64,000 nucleotides of DNA from Piromyces finnis finn (lineage: Eukaryota > Fungi > Neocallimastigomycota). Every line of letters starts with the position of its first letter. The stretch's first letter is position 1. The translations under genes were made by a program, and so were the position numbers. Under the pieces are notes generated by a model. That model was not told where the DNA came from. It did not search any database and worked only from the letters and a program-made list of their open reading frames with translations. Of the stretch, positions 46,110 through 58,259 are shown piece by piece. Where the stretch lies: NCBI GenBank assembly GCA_002104945.1, contig MCFH01000028.1, positions 434,001 through 498,000 of the forward strand, in the 5' to 3' direction.

Positions 46110-46560
46110 AAATAAAATAATTATTAAAGTTGCATAAAAGTTCAATGAACTCTATAATTCGTACCCGTGTGGGATTGGTCCTTATCTAATATATTAAAGT
46201 AACATCAGGTATGATAGTGTGGTGTCTATTAAACTCTCCCATATGCTCATAATATTTTCATTCGAAGAAATGCTAACATTGAACTCTGTGTACGGAGCAT
46301 AAGGAATGTTCCTTTCCCATAAACGTCGTCGCTCTTGATTACGTTAGGTATCTTACTAAACCTATCAAAAAGTAGCTAATGATAGGGATTGTTTTAGTAA
46401 GAAAAGCTACGAGACTCTCTACATATGGAATATAAGACCCCGATGATCTGTAAAGCTGTTCATTCAAATGTCTTTGTTCCGCCTTATCGATTTGTAGCTC
46501 ACTATAAGCTAAAATTCCAACAAGTAGGAACGTATGATTATTGATAAGTATCAATTCTTT
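46110..46560 (-). mobile_element. 5'-truncated LINE copy (ORF C-terminus plus 3' UTR)
   Basis: The reverse complement aligns by eye with 59970-60375, for example LQIDKAEQRHLNEQLY versus LQIDKTEQRHLNEQLY. Both share the terminal GAGTTCATTGAACTTTTATGCAACT followed by an AT-rich tail. Confidence 0.9.
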
Positions 46561-46945
46561 ATTAAGAATAGAAACTTTTTATGTTTAAATAAATATATAT
46601 TGGTAGTTCTTTATTATTTAATTGAATTTCTTTAACTTAAAATCAAACATTTATTTTTTATCCTATAAAAATATTTATAAATGCAAATATTATTAAGTAA
46701 TTTAATATATGTTCTAATGCCTAATTTTATATGTTAATCTTAATCATATTATATAAATATAAAAAAAAAAATGAAAAATGAAAAATTAAACACTCCATTA
46801 TTAAACCCATTTATTATATTTATATATTTTTTTTATTAATTTTTTTTTTATATGTTTCTATTTTTACAAATTCTTATCAAATTTAATTGATATTATATAA
46901 TTATATTATATATATAAGTTAAGATAAATCATTTAAATGATCAAC

Positions 46946-49222
46946 TTAACAGTTGGATGGAATACCACACCAGTCATTGTTTTCAACACCCCATTTACCA
47001 TCTTGGTCTTCGTAGTAAACGTAGGAACAACCGGAACAGCACTTGTAACCTTGGTTGGTGATGGCCTTTGGACAAGAACTGCCGGAATCACCACCACCGC
47101 AACCACACCATTGACCGTTTTCGACACCCCAGTCACCATCAGCATCTTGGTAAACGACTTGGCATCCGGCCTTACAACACTTGTAACCTTGGTTCTTAAT
47201 AGAAGCTGGACAGTTACCAGAAGAACTGCCGCTGTTACCAGAACCATTACCGGCACCGGAACCACCGGTAACACCATAAATGGAAAGAAGACCATTAGCA
47301 ACCATAATTTCAGTTTGACCCCAGAATCTGTGGTAAGTGAATTCTGGTGGGTTACCACCGTTAAGGAAGTTTTCAACTTGTGGCCAGTCTGGATCTTGCT
47401 TGTACTTTGGACGAATATCAATGAATTTAACACCACTCTTAATGTTGGCACCTTGAGCGTTCTTACCAGTCCAACCAGATGGAATGTAAACTTCCTTACC
47501 GAAGTTTTCGTAATCATTACGAGCTTCTAAAGCAGCATAACCAAGATCATCCTTGTAGTTTTCAATAGCATCCATAACATCAACAACAAGGTTAAGACCA
47601 TCTTGATCACCATCCTTTAAGGAAACCCAGAAGAGACCCTTAATGATAGAAGCAATGGAACCAAGATCAAGACCTTCAGCAGAAACAGTACCGTGAAGGG
47701 ATCTGTTAAGACCAGACTTGTTGAAGTTGCTCTTGTTCCATTCATCTGGGTTACCTTCCCAGGCAAGGTTAGTAGCGTGGACAATTTCACCACCGCTAAC
47801 ACGAGTAGTGTCCTTAACCCACTTAGCCCAGTTTTGACAAATAAGACCAGCTCTTTCATCACCAGAAAGGTAGTATAAAGAACAGACACGTTCCATACCC
47901 CAACCTTGCATACCAGTCCAGTTGTTGGATGGTGGGTCGTGGTAAACTGGTTGCCAATCGTACCACATACCATAGAAGGAGGTAATATCACTTGGTGGTT
48001 GAGCGTAAGCACCAGTCCATGAGTTAGTGGCACCACCAGCAATACAACCTTCTGGGGTTTGTAACCATCTGAATAATTCTAATTGACGGTCAAGAGAGGT
48101 AGCCCAATCCTTAGCACCAGTGGAAGACTTTGGCTTGAAAGCAGATTGAGTAGAAAGAATCCAAGCAGCTAATGGGGATTGGTAACCAGTGTGAGTGTGG
48201 GAAGAACCAATTCTCCAGGACCAGTCACCTTGTAAACCACCACCCCAAGCGAAGTACCAAGAGATAAGGTAGTGAGCAGAGTTCTTACCAGAACCAGCAG
48301 AACATCTATCGTAACCAACACAGTTACCAATCTTCTTGAAGTATTTATCGTATTGAGCGTAACGTAAGTAATCACCAAGCTTGGCAGCCTTAGAAGCAAC
48401 AGAAGAAAGATCTTGACCATCTTCCTTAGCCCATAACCAACCGAAGTAAGCAGCTTGAATAGCACGAGCATCAGCATCTGGAGCAGCAGTGTATCTCCAT
48501 TGCTTAGCGTAGGAGTTATCAACAGTGAAAAGATCTAAGAAACCGTTACGACCACCCCACTTCATGGCTTCCCAACATGGGTGTGGAACAGTCTTCCAAG
48601 TAGATTCGGAAGCACCACGTTGGAAGGTGTTAATGAAAGATGGCTTAGAAGTACCATCACCTTGTTGACCATAACCATACCAGTTATCACCATCAATAAT
48701 CCAGTGCATGATGTAGATATCCCAGTTACCGTAGGCTTGAGAAAGTTCCTTAGCAATTGGATCTTCACCAACAATACCATCTTGGAAAATAAGCTTAGAT
48801 GGATAACCATCAATATCATCATGTTCAGCAGCATAAGTAGCTGGAGAAGATGGGTTGTACTTACTGTTACCTGGTTGGTTCTTGCTGTCTGGAATCATGT
48901 GCTTTTCAATGTAGCTCCAAGCAGTTTCAACACCAGTGTAATCACCAGTAAGCTTACCATTAACAGCTTCTAACCAAACCCAGAAAGAGTAGGTTTCAGA
49001 TACAGATTCATGACCATGATCTGGAGCTTCGACCATAAGAGTTTCAACAGAGTGGTATGGAACATTTTCTGGTGAGAAATATTCAGATCTGTAAGAACCA
49101 TTACCAGTAATCTTGTTGTAATGTTCAGTAGCACGAGAGGCATACTTGTCATTAGCACGCTTAGAAGCGGCTAAAACGGTGCTAGCACCAAGAAGGAATA
49201 AAGCGTTTCTAATACTTGGCAT
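46946..49222 (-). CDS. cel48A: Glycoside hydrolase family 48 cellulase with two C-terminal fungal (non-catalytic, CBM10-like) dockerin domains
   Basis: Intronless 758-aa ORF with a signal peptide. GH48 motifs: [46 protein letters not shown] and YHRFWGQ. A G/S/N linker leads to two CP..I..QGYKCC...V.Y.D.DG.WGVEN..WCG repeats. Confidence 0.97.
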   Translation of the reverse strand: MPSIRNALFLLGASTVLAASKRANDKYASRATEHYNKITGNGSYRSEYFSPENVPYHSVETLMVEAPDHGHESVSETYSFWVWLEAVNGKLTGDYTGVETAWSYIEKHMIPDSKNQPGNSKYNPSSPATYAAEHDDIDGYPSKLIFQDGIVGEDPIAKELSQAYGNWDIYIMHWIIDGDNWYGYGQQGDGTSKPSFINTFQRGASESTWKTVPHPCWEAMKWGGRNGFLDLFTVDNSYAKQWRYTAAPDADARAIQAAYFGWLWAKEDGQDLSSVASKAAKLGDYLRYAQYDKYFKKIGNCVGYDRCSAGSGKNSAHYLISWYFAWGGGLQGDWSWRIGSSHTHTGYQSPLAAWILSTQSAFKPKSSTGAKDWATSLDRQLELFRWLQTPEGCIAGGATNSWTGAYAQPPSDITSFYGMWYDWQPVYHDPPSNNWTGMQGWGMERVCSLYYLSGDERAGLICQNWAKWVKDTTRVSGGEIVHATNLAWEGNPDEWNKSNFNKSGLNRSLHGTVSAEGLDLGSIASIIKGLFWVSLKDGDQDGLNLVVDVMDAIENYKDDLGYAALEARNDYENFGKEVYIPSGWTGKNAQGANIKSGVKFIDIRPKYKQDPDWPQVENFLNGGNPPEFTYHRFWGQTEIMVANGLLSIYGVTGGSGAGNGSGNSGSSSGNCPASIKNQGYKCCKAGCQVVYQDADGDWGVENGQWCGCGGGDSGSSCPKAITNQGYKCCSGCSYVYYEDQDGKWGVENNDWCGIPSNC

Positions 49223-50812
49223 ATTTAATTAATATAATAATAAAAAGAAATATAAAATTTACAATAATTAAATTTTACTACTATTTTAAAAGAATTATTT
49301 TTTAATTCTAAACTCTATCAAAAAATATATTCTATTAAATATGTTGAAGAAAAAAATAAAGGTGATATTTTGAAATATTTATACTTTTTTTTTTTTAGTT
49401 TATATCACATTTTTATATCAACCATTTTATCATTATAATTATTATTATTATTTTATTATTTTTTTAGTTGTTATATAATTTTATTTATAATTATTATCAA
49501 AATTAAACATTTAATCTTTTTTTGATGTTTCAATTTCAAAATATAAAAAATATTAAAAAAACTTTTATATAATTTCAAATTAGTTACTAATCACTTATAA
49601 TAAAATAAAATCTTTAATACCACATATTAAAATATATAAAAAAAATGGTAACTATTTTGTAATTTTGTATTTAAATAATAATACATTATTATTTTTAATT
49701 TTTTATAAATATTTTTTTGTTTTTACCTTAATATATTGTCAATATACAGAATATATATTATTATTTATTGAAAGACAAGAATTTAATTGTTAAAAAAAAT
49801 TTAATATATAAAGATTAAAAAGTAAAACTTTAATTTTTCAAAAATAAAATTAAACACTTTTTAAATAATATATATTCTATATATATAGGAATTTTGAATA
49901 ATAAAATATATTAATTTAATTTGTTATTTATAATTTATTAATGGAATCAAAATAATATCAACTAAAAAGTAAATAGAAAAATAAATCAAATAAATTTGTA
50001 ACTGTTATTAATTTTTCAATAGCATTAAATGTTAACATACAAACTCTATGAATTCATTTAATATTTTTACAATAATTAAATGCCTAATAAGAAGTAAAAA
50101 TCATACTATAAATGTCACATTTTTCGTTAAAAAAATATATACATATATATAAATAAAATCCTTTAAAAAGTTAATTTTAAAATAAGCAAATTTTTAATTT
50201 TTAATTAAATGATAAAGTTTAAATTATATCTTCCAAATTTTAATACTTTTAATATTTTTATTTCTTATTTTAAGACTTTATATATTCATATTACAATATG
50301 ATCTTTTTTTTTTTTTTTTTTTTTTTTTGAAAATATTTATGAAAAACAAACAGTAATCATAAAAAGAGTACATGTCAAATAAGAAAATTATATTTAATGC
50401 ATTATTACAAATAAAAATTTTAAAATACATTTATACATTTACAATATTTTTTTTTTTTTTAGTTTTATTTAAAAATTATAAAAACTACTAATAAGAAATG
50501 AATAAAAAAAAAAAGAATAAATATTTAATATTTTTATATGAAATTTTTTATTTTTTTATTAAACAATTTTTATATTAATTCGTACTTGTTTCTTAATTAT
50601 AAAAAATGAAATTATATATATGAAAATAAAACTATTTTTTTATATTGGGTATTAATAAATAATTTTCTATTCTATTGTTAAGATTTATAATTAAATGAAA
50701 TTTGATGTTTTTTTTAAATAAATTAAATATTATAAAAATTAAATTTAATAATAGTATTAGGTTGGATTTTAGATTTCTAAAACAACAATAGAAATCTTTA
50801 CTTATAATATGC

Positions 50813-51593
50813 TTATCTTCTTCTCTTTTTATTTTCTTTTTCACGTCTCTTTGCTGCACGTAATTCCTTCTTCATTCTAGCATCAACCATCTTATAACGT
50901 CCCTTAACACCCTTTGGACGACCTTTAATACCACGGTTGAAACCTGTAGCCACAACTAATTTAACTTCAGTCTTCTTCTTCTTTCCAGCATTATTAATCA
51001 TCTTTTGAATAGTTTGTAATTTTTGTTTATCATTCATTTCACCATCAGCATCATTATCCCACATGACTGCTGCCTTCTTCTTAATTTTTTCTAATTTATT
51101 TATGGCCTTCATCTTCTTACGAGCTCTAGCTTCAGCAATCTTCTTAATTGGTCTAGCATTTAATGCCTTTAATTTATCTCTTACAATCTTAACAGCTTCT
51201 TTAGTAACTGGTTTTTGTGGTGGTTTATTGTATTCTCTTTCGTCATTAAGGAACCATTCTGGTAAACCATCTGTGTAATAACGTGTACGTCTATTATATG
51301 AATCATCAATTAAGTCACGTTTACCCTTCTTAGTGATAAGTTTTTGTGCCATAGTGTAAGCTTCTGGATCCATAAGAGTATAATCCATTTCTTCATCTGA
51401 TTCATAAGTTTGAGCAATTGGAACAACTTCAAAGTCATCATCATCAACTTCATTTCTTTTTCTCTTCTTTTCCTTTTTACTCTTTTTCTTTTTATCACTT
51501 TCATCTTCACTACTACTGCTATCATCATAAAATGATGATTTTTTAACTTCTGGAACTTCTTGTTCTTCTTCAGCTTCTTGTTCAATTTCCTCT

Positions 51594-51628
<35 letters not shown>

Positions 51629-53968
51629 TTCTTCACCTTCATGTAAATCAATACCCTTAAATACATCATTTGAGAAGAAAAGCTTAGCTTTCTTAGAAAG
51701 ATTATTACCTTCTCTTTTTATGTCTTCTGATTCATCATAAGTATCATTAATTTTATAGGTAACATTATTACTTTCATATTCATCATCATCAGTATCTTCA
51801 GCATTTTCATCTCTTTCGAGTTCAATTTCTGAATCAGTTTCGGAATCAGAATCTGAACTATCATCATCATCACCCCTTTCTTTAAGTTGCTTTTCAGTAA
51901 GCTTTCTAACTTCTTCCTCAACACCATTCCATTCCTCAAATCTATTCATTTTTTCATTCTTAGCTTTAACCTTTGCTTCTCTGGACATTTGTCTGTCTTT
52001 ATGGAATTCATAAATCATATCCATACTCTTTTCTAATTTTTTAAGTCTCTTTTCTTCTTCATCCATATCTGAATCTGATTCAGATTCAGAAAGTTCATTT
52101 TCAGAACCAGATCCATAATAAATATCTACATCACCATGTTCATCGATTTCAGGAATTGAATTAATACTAGAGTTTCTTAATATGTTGATATTACTTTCTT
52201 TACCAATGTTATTAATACTAAAAAGATGTTCAGAATCACCTTGACCAATATTACCAGCTTCAATACCAATTTCAAATGGAGCTTCCATACCCATTTGCAT
52301 TTTTTTAATAACCTTAGCCTTAGCCTTACGATCCTTCTTTTTTTGTTTCTTTATTTTTTTAGCTTCATCTTTTTTAATATCATCTAATTCTTTCATAACT
52401 TTTCTTTCTTCATCAGATGAATTTTCTTCCTCTTCTTCTTCTACAACAACTTCCTCTTTCTTTTCTTCTTTCTTCTTGTTTAATCCCATGTATCTACGAA
52501 TACTTTCTCTCCATTTTAATAATAATTTATATTCTTTTTTACTTAATACCTTTAAATCATCACAATTAACTTTAATATCATCAGTAGTTAATGGATTTTC
52601 ATATATTTCTTTTGATTTTTCATCATCTTTAAAGACTAATGCACTTGATCTTGCTAATATATCAATTGGGTCATCACTTAATATAAAATCAGAAACTTTA
52701 GCAGCATGATATAATGTATAATCATTATCAGCATAACCATCACGTTGTCTTCTTTTTTTCTATTTACAATTATTTAATGGGAAACAATTTTAAATTTTTT
52801 AATAAAAAAAATAAAATTTAATCTTTATCTATATATATTTAAAAAAATATAAAAATATCTTTTTATATGATACTATAAATTATTTTTATACTTACTTCTG
52901 GATGAAGTAAATCATTCATAATTGCATTTTTGTTTTTTTCAATAGTTTTTTCTTCAGTATTAAGATCTAATTGTTTGAAAACGTATTTTGGATCAAGGAA
53001 CTTTGGATCAATTTTAACACTTTTAAATCCTTGACAAACAACGAAAATTTCTGCAGAAACATTTCTAGAACTTGGTGGTTTAGTAGCTTCTACTGTATGG
53101 AAAAGTTGACTGAATACCCAAATTAAAGAATTATAATCTTGAGAACGGAAAACTTTTGTAACAAATGTACCACCTTTAGTTAAGAAATCACATGCTAATT
53201 TTAAAGCAGAAAGTGTTAATTCAGATTGTGTATAAGCATCTTGAAGCCATGCAGAACCAACGTTTGGAGCACCATCGTGTAATACACTATTTAATTTATA
53301 AAAAAAATAAATTTTGAATATTGTTTAAATTATAATAATATTCTTCATAACTCATATTCAATTATTTAAGTAAAAAATCAACTATATTTATATAAATTAT
53401 AGTCAAGTTTATCATTCTTATTTAGTTTATAAAAAAAATAAAAATTAAATAAAGCATACACATCAGCCTTCCATTGTTTTAATTCACCACGTAAAGTTGC
53501 ACGACATTTATCAGTAGTAATATCTTCTACAAAAGAAATACATCTTGGAATTGGCTTAATTGGATCCAAATCAACACCTTTTTGTTTTTTTTTTATTTTG
53601 TTTTTTGTTTTTATTTAAATATTTTATAAATTTAAATATTAAATATTTGAAATTAATTTATACTATTAATAATTCCCTGAAAATCATTACAAAAATTTTG
53701 AATAAAATTTATTAAAAAAAAATATAAAACACAATATTAACTTACCAATAATAATACTGTTAGCTGGCATGTGTTTAGAAGCAACTTGCATCCAACCACC
53801 AGGAGCAGCACAAAGATCGATAAGTACTCTAGCTTTAGCTAAGAAATTATACTTTTTGTTAAGGTGAATTAACTTAAAAGCTGAACGAGCTCTGTAACCT
53901 TGTTCCTTAGCTAAGTAGTAGTACTTATCCAAACGTCCCTTACCTGTCTTCTTTTGAGTCTTACCCAT
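50813..53968 (-). CDS. SPB1: 27S pre-rRNA 2'-O-methyltransferase Spb1/FTSJ3 (multi-exon)
   Basis: [68 protein letters not shown], and the C-terminal Spb1_C region ([37 protein letters not shown]). Confidence 0.96.
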
Positions 53969-56292
53969 TTTTTTTTAATTTATATTAATTAAATTTATGA
54001 AAAATTATTATTTTTGATATTATTAATTTTGAACTATTTAGCACTTATTAATAACTTTGTATTGTTGATATATTTCCCCTCGCCTTTACTATATTAAATT
54101 TTAATTTAAAGAGATAATATATGAAAAAAAAGTAGATATTTTCAAAGTAATAGTAAAATTACAAATTTATTTGGATATTATAATTTAATTTATACACATA
54201 TAGATATTAAAAAAAAAGATTAGCAGTTAATTTAATAAAAATATTTCGAACATTTGATAGAAATTATATATAATCTTTTCATAATAGTATTATTCATTAA
54301 TAGTAAATCAATTTAAAAAAAGAATTTTATAATCTCTAATTATGTTATGTCTTATTATATAAAATATATTTTTATATATAATTAAATAATGATTATAACA
54401 TATACCTAAAAAGAAGAAAAAATAAACTTTAATAAAATGAAGGGGAATATATTAATAATAAATTTAAATTAACAAATAATAAATTAATTTAAAGAAGAAA
54501 AATTAATCTCCTTTAAACAAAGTTAGTTTAAAAAAATAAAATATTATAGGCTAATAATAATTAAAAATTATTAAGTAAAAAAAAAAAAAAAAAAAAAAAA
54601 GTATACATATGAATATATTTGTATACATATAATGTATACATATAATGTAATGTGTTAATACATTAATGTAAATTTTTAACAGAAAATTTTAAAAAAGATG
54701 ATGAGTTTTTTATTCGTTAAAAATTAACAAATTACATGCAATAATAAATCAATAATAATCTTTAAAAATAAAAATGAAGAATATTAAATAATATATTTTA
54801 TTATTAATTATTAATATTAAAAAAAAAAAAGGATGAATAATAAAAATATGAAAATATATACCTTATTGATTTAACAATTATATATTTAAAATTATCATGC
54901 ATTAGATCAAATTCATTTTAATTTTAATATACGATAATGTATAAAATAAAGGATTATGATTGGGTAATATTAATTCCAATCAATTCGATATATAATTAAA
55001 ATTTTGATTTTAATTATAAAAATAAAAAAATGTTTATTACACATATAATTATTACATTATTTATATATGTATACATAACCAACTTATTAACTTGAAATAA
55101 ATATTAATATTTATTAAGCAACAAATATAATTTTTCTTTTTAAATATGAATTAAATATTTAACTTATATTTGAATAGTGCTTTAATAGTATAATTATAAT
55201 TTATTTTTTATTCTTTTTCTTTATCTTTTTTTATATTAAGAAATGAAGATAGTGAATAGTATTTATAATTAGTATTTATTATTAGTATTGTTATTATTAA
55301 ATAGCCTTATATTCAAAAAAAAAAACTTAACATTTATATTTAATTAATTATTACAATTTATCTGATGATTTTTATAATTATATAATTATTAATCCACAAA
55401 ATACCCAAATATATAAAAAATGATTAATTAATTAAAACTTTACTTATTTTATACATCTTTTTCTTACCCCAAGAAAATTATTAAAGCTTTAAAAGTTATT
55501 GTTACACCAAAAAAATGGAAAAAGTAGATAAAAATTACAAAATCGAGATAAAAATGAAAATTATTAATAAAAATATAATATTAAATACATAGAAAATATA
55601 ATGTTTAAATATATACATAACTGGAATAATAAAAAGGTAGAAATGGCATATAACATCACATAAAAGGTTATTACTAAAAATCTTTTATTATATTCTTTAA
55701 ATATTTATAAAATATTCTTTTTTTTATATTTTTTTCTTCTATTATTTTATAAAAACTTAATTTATAATGCATTCTTTAACATAAAAAAATTGACCAATAA
55801 TATCTAAAAAATTTAATTGAAATTAAAATATCTAATATATATTACGGGTGTAAAGAACACAATTTTTTTTATATTGTTTTCTTTCTTTTATTTTTTGATG
55901 TTTACTCTCAAATAAGGACAAAACCTTTTTTACTTAACATATTTTAAGGTTAAATAATTATTAATTAAAATAACTGCCTATAAAATAAATAGGAAAGATA
56001 ATTATTATCTATTAAACAATATATGATAGTTAATAATAATCTTAATAAATTCAATATTAAAAATTTTTCAAAAAAAAAAAGTATAAATACTGAAAATAAT
56101 TTCAAAAAAAAGTTGTTGTTTTTTTTTTATATATATATAATTATTTATACATTCTTTAATATTTTTTATTTTTACAATAAAAGTAATATTATTATAAATA
56201 TATATATAAATATAAATAAAAAAAATTTTTTATATAAATAATATTAATATTGGTATATATATTATATATAGAATTCTTTTTTTAATTGCACC

Positions 56293-57386
56293 ATGTCTGA
56301 AACCCAAACCGTATACATTACACCAACATTCTCAAGTACTGTTTTAAGTTGTTCAACAACTCAAAGAAGTACAGTTGGTCAACTCCGTAATAGAATTTCA
56401 AAGCAATATCTTGGTATTGTTGATAACTCTGAAAATATTATTTTTGAAGATGATGAAAGAAAATGTTTATTAAAGGATGACGCTATTTTAAAGGATAAAC
56501 AAAAGATTAATCTTTCTCTTCATAATTACCCAACTTATTCTAGTGCTTTATCAAAAAACCTTTCAAACTACTTTGATTTAAAAAATAAAGATAAGTATGA
56601 TACTACTGCTAATGGTAAATATTAAAATTTAATTTCAATATTATAATATAAAATAACTATCGATAATAATTATTATTTTATCAATTGCGAATAATATATA
56701 TAATATATATAATAATATGCAAATTAATAAAATAATTATTTTAATATTTTACAATAAATAACAAATATTAATTGTCTTTTATTTTTTAAAAATATTCAAT
56801 AGAAAAGTTTTCAAAAACTTCTTTAATTATAAACTCTATTTTCATTGTTCTTGGTACTATTTTTATTTCTGTATTTGCCCAAATTTCTTTCCATCTCCCA
56901 ATTGATAAGGAAGTTCCAATTACATTCCAAACCTTTGCTGTTCTCTTAAATGGTGCTGTTCAAAGTCCACTTAACAGCTTTTTATCAAGTGTTCTTTACA
57001 TTTTAGCTGGTTGTATTGGTATTCCTGTTTTTGCTGGCTTTTCTCATGGTGTTTCTTCATTAACTGGTTACAGTGGTGGTTTCTTAATTGGTTTCATATT
57101 CTCTTCTCTTGTTACTGGTTTCCTTTCAAAAAGAGGTTGGGATAAGCAATATCGTAAGATTTGGCTTTCTATGATTATTGGTAACCTTGTTATCTATTTA
57201 TTCGGTTTTTCATGGTTCGCTTACAAAACTAAAAGTTTCTGGGGTGCTTTCCCAAAGGTTGTTTTCCCATTTATTCCAGGTGATCTTATTAAGATTCTTC
57301 TTGCTTCTCTTTTCGTTCCACTTGGATGGAAAATTTTCTATTTCCGTAACAAGAAATTAGAATTAGATATTGAAGAACAAAATTAA
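56293..57386 (+). CDS. bioY: BioY biotin transporter (ECF S-component) with N-terminal extension; 2 exons, 301 aa
   Basis: Exon 1 is 56293-56614, the phase-1 GT-AG intron is 56615-56802, and exon 2 is 56803-57386 in frame. Exon 2 has BioY motifs VPITFQTFAVLL, LYILAGCIGIPVFAG, LTGYSGGFLIGF, IIGNLVIYLFGFSW and FPFIPGDLIK, with about six hydrophobic segments. Confidence 0.88.
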
Positions 57387-57909
57387 ATATAATTAATTAT
57401 ATTTATGATTAACAAATTTTATTATATATTTAATTAATGTAATATAGAAAAAAAACGCTTAATCATTATCTATTTGTATACAATAAATTTAGAGTTTTAT
57501 TTTTATTATATTTAATAATTAGAATTACTATTTATTCATCATTTAATATATTTAATAAAAATTCAATAATTTAATAAAAAAATTTCTAAAAAAAATTGAA
57601 GTATTGAGGGTTAGATTTGTATAACAAAAATTAATTAAAGGTTAGGGATAAATTATTTAATAATTATATATTATATAAAAAATTGTTCATATGGTTTTTT
57701 TATTATTAGATTCTAGGTTTCTTCATCCAATTTTTATTGTCAGTCTTTTTTTTTTTTTTTTTACTTTTTTTTCTTAAACAAAAATAAAAGAATCCTATTG
57801 ATTTCCTTTCTTCCTTGTTGCTACAAAAAAATTTCCTTAATGAGCTTAAATTGATAAAAAATATTTATAAAATTAAAATTATTATTTATATTTTCCTTCT
57901 TGATAAAAC

Positions 57910-58255
57910 GTAGAAATTAATAAGGTGGAGCAAAAATATATAAATAAATGGTTTTATTGTTCATTGAGAGTTTTTTTTTTAACAATATAGTTCCTATCAT
58001 TAGAAATTCTATAAGGCTACTTTTTAACAAGATGAGTAATATACCTAAGGTTATTATGTTATTAGGATGTTTTGCTGCGAATCGTTATGCCAAAGAAATA
58101 TTCTAAATGATTTATATATAGAGTTTAATGTTAAAAACACTTTAAAAAAAATTGTTAAAAGTTAGTGGACACTATATTATCATCCTTTATATTATTTGAT
58201 TTATTAGGTAGAGATATAACCCATATAATAATTTATAGAATTCATCAAACTATTA
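57910..58255 (+). mobile_element. Old, heavily decayed 3' end of the same LINE family
   Basis: ATAAGGTGGAGCAAAA ~ ATAAGGCGGAACAAAG; CCTATCATTAG; GCTACTTTTT; TTAGTGGACACTATATTATCAT ~ TTAGTGGACACTACACTATCAT; ATTTATTAGGTAG; GAATTCATCAAACT ~ GAGTTCATTGAACT. The blocks are in the same order as in 59970-60375 and 46110-46560. Confidence 0.75.
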
Positions 58256-58259
58256 TTCA

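Noticed and set aside
46937-48973. Several long plus-strand ORFs (46937-47530, 47693-47878, 48581-48973) and alternate-frame minus ORFs over Cel48
   Set aside because: They are shadows of the strongly biased GH48 codon usage, which suppresses stops in other frames. They have no independent motifs.
54601-54646. Short TGTATACATATAA repeats (about 3) in the SPB1-BioY intergenic region
   Set aside because: Too short and AT-rich to distinguish from slippage, with no evidence of function.
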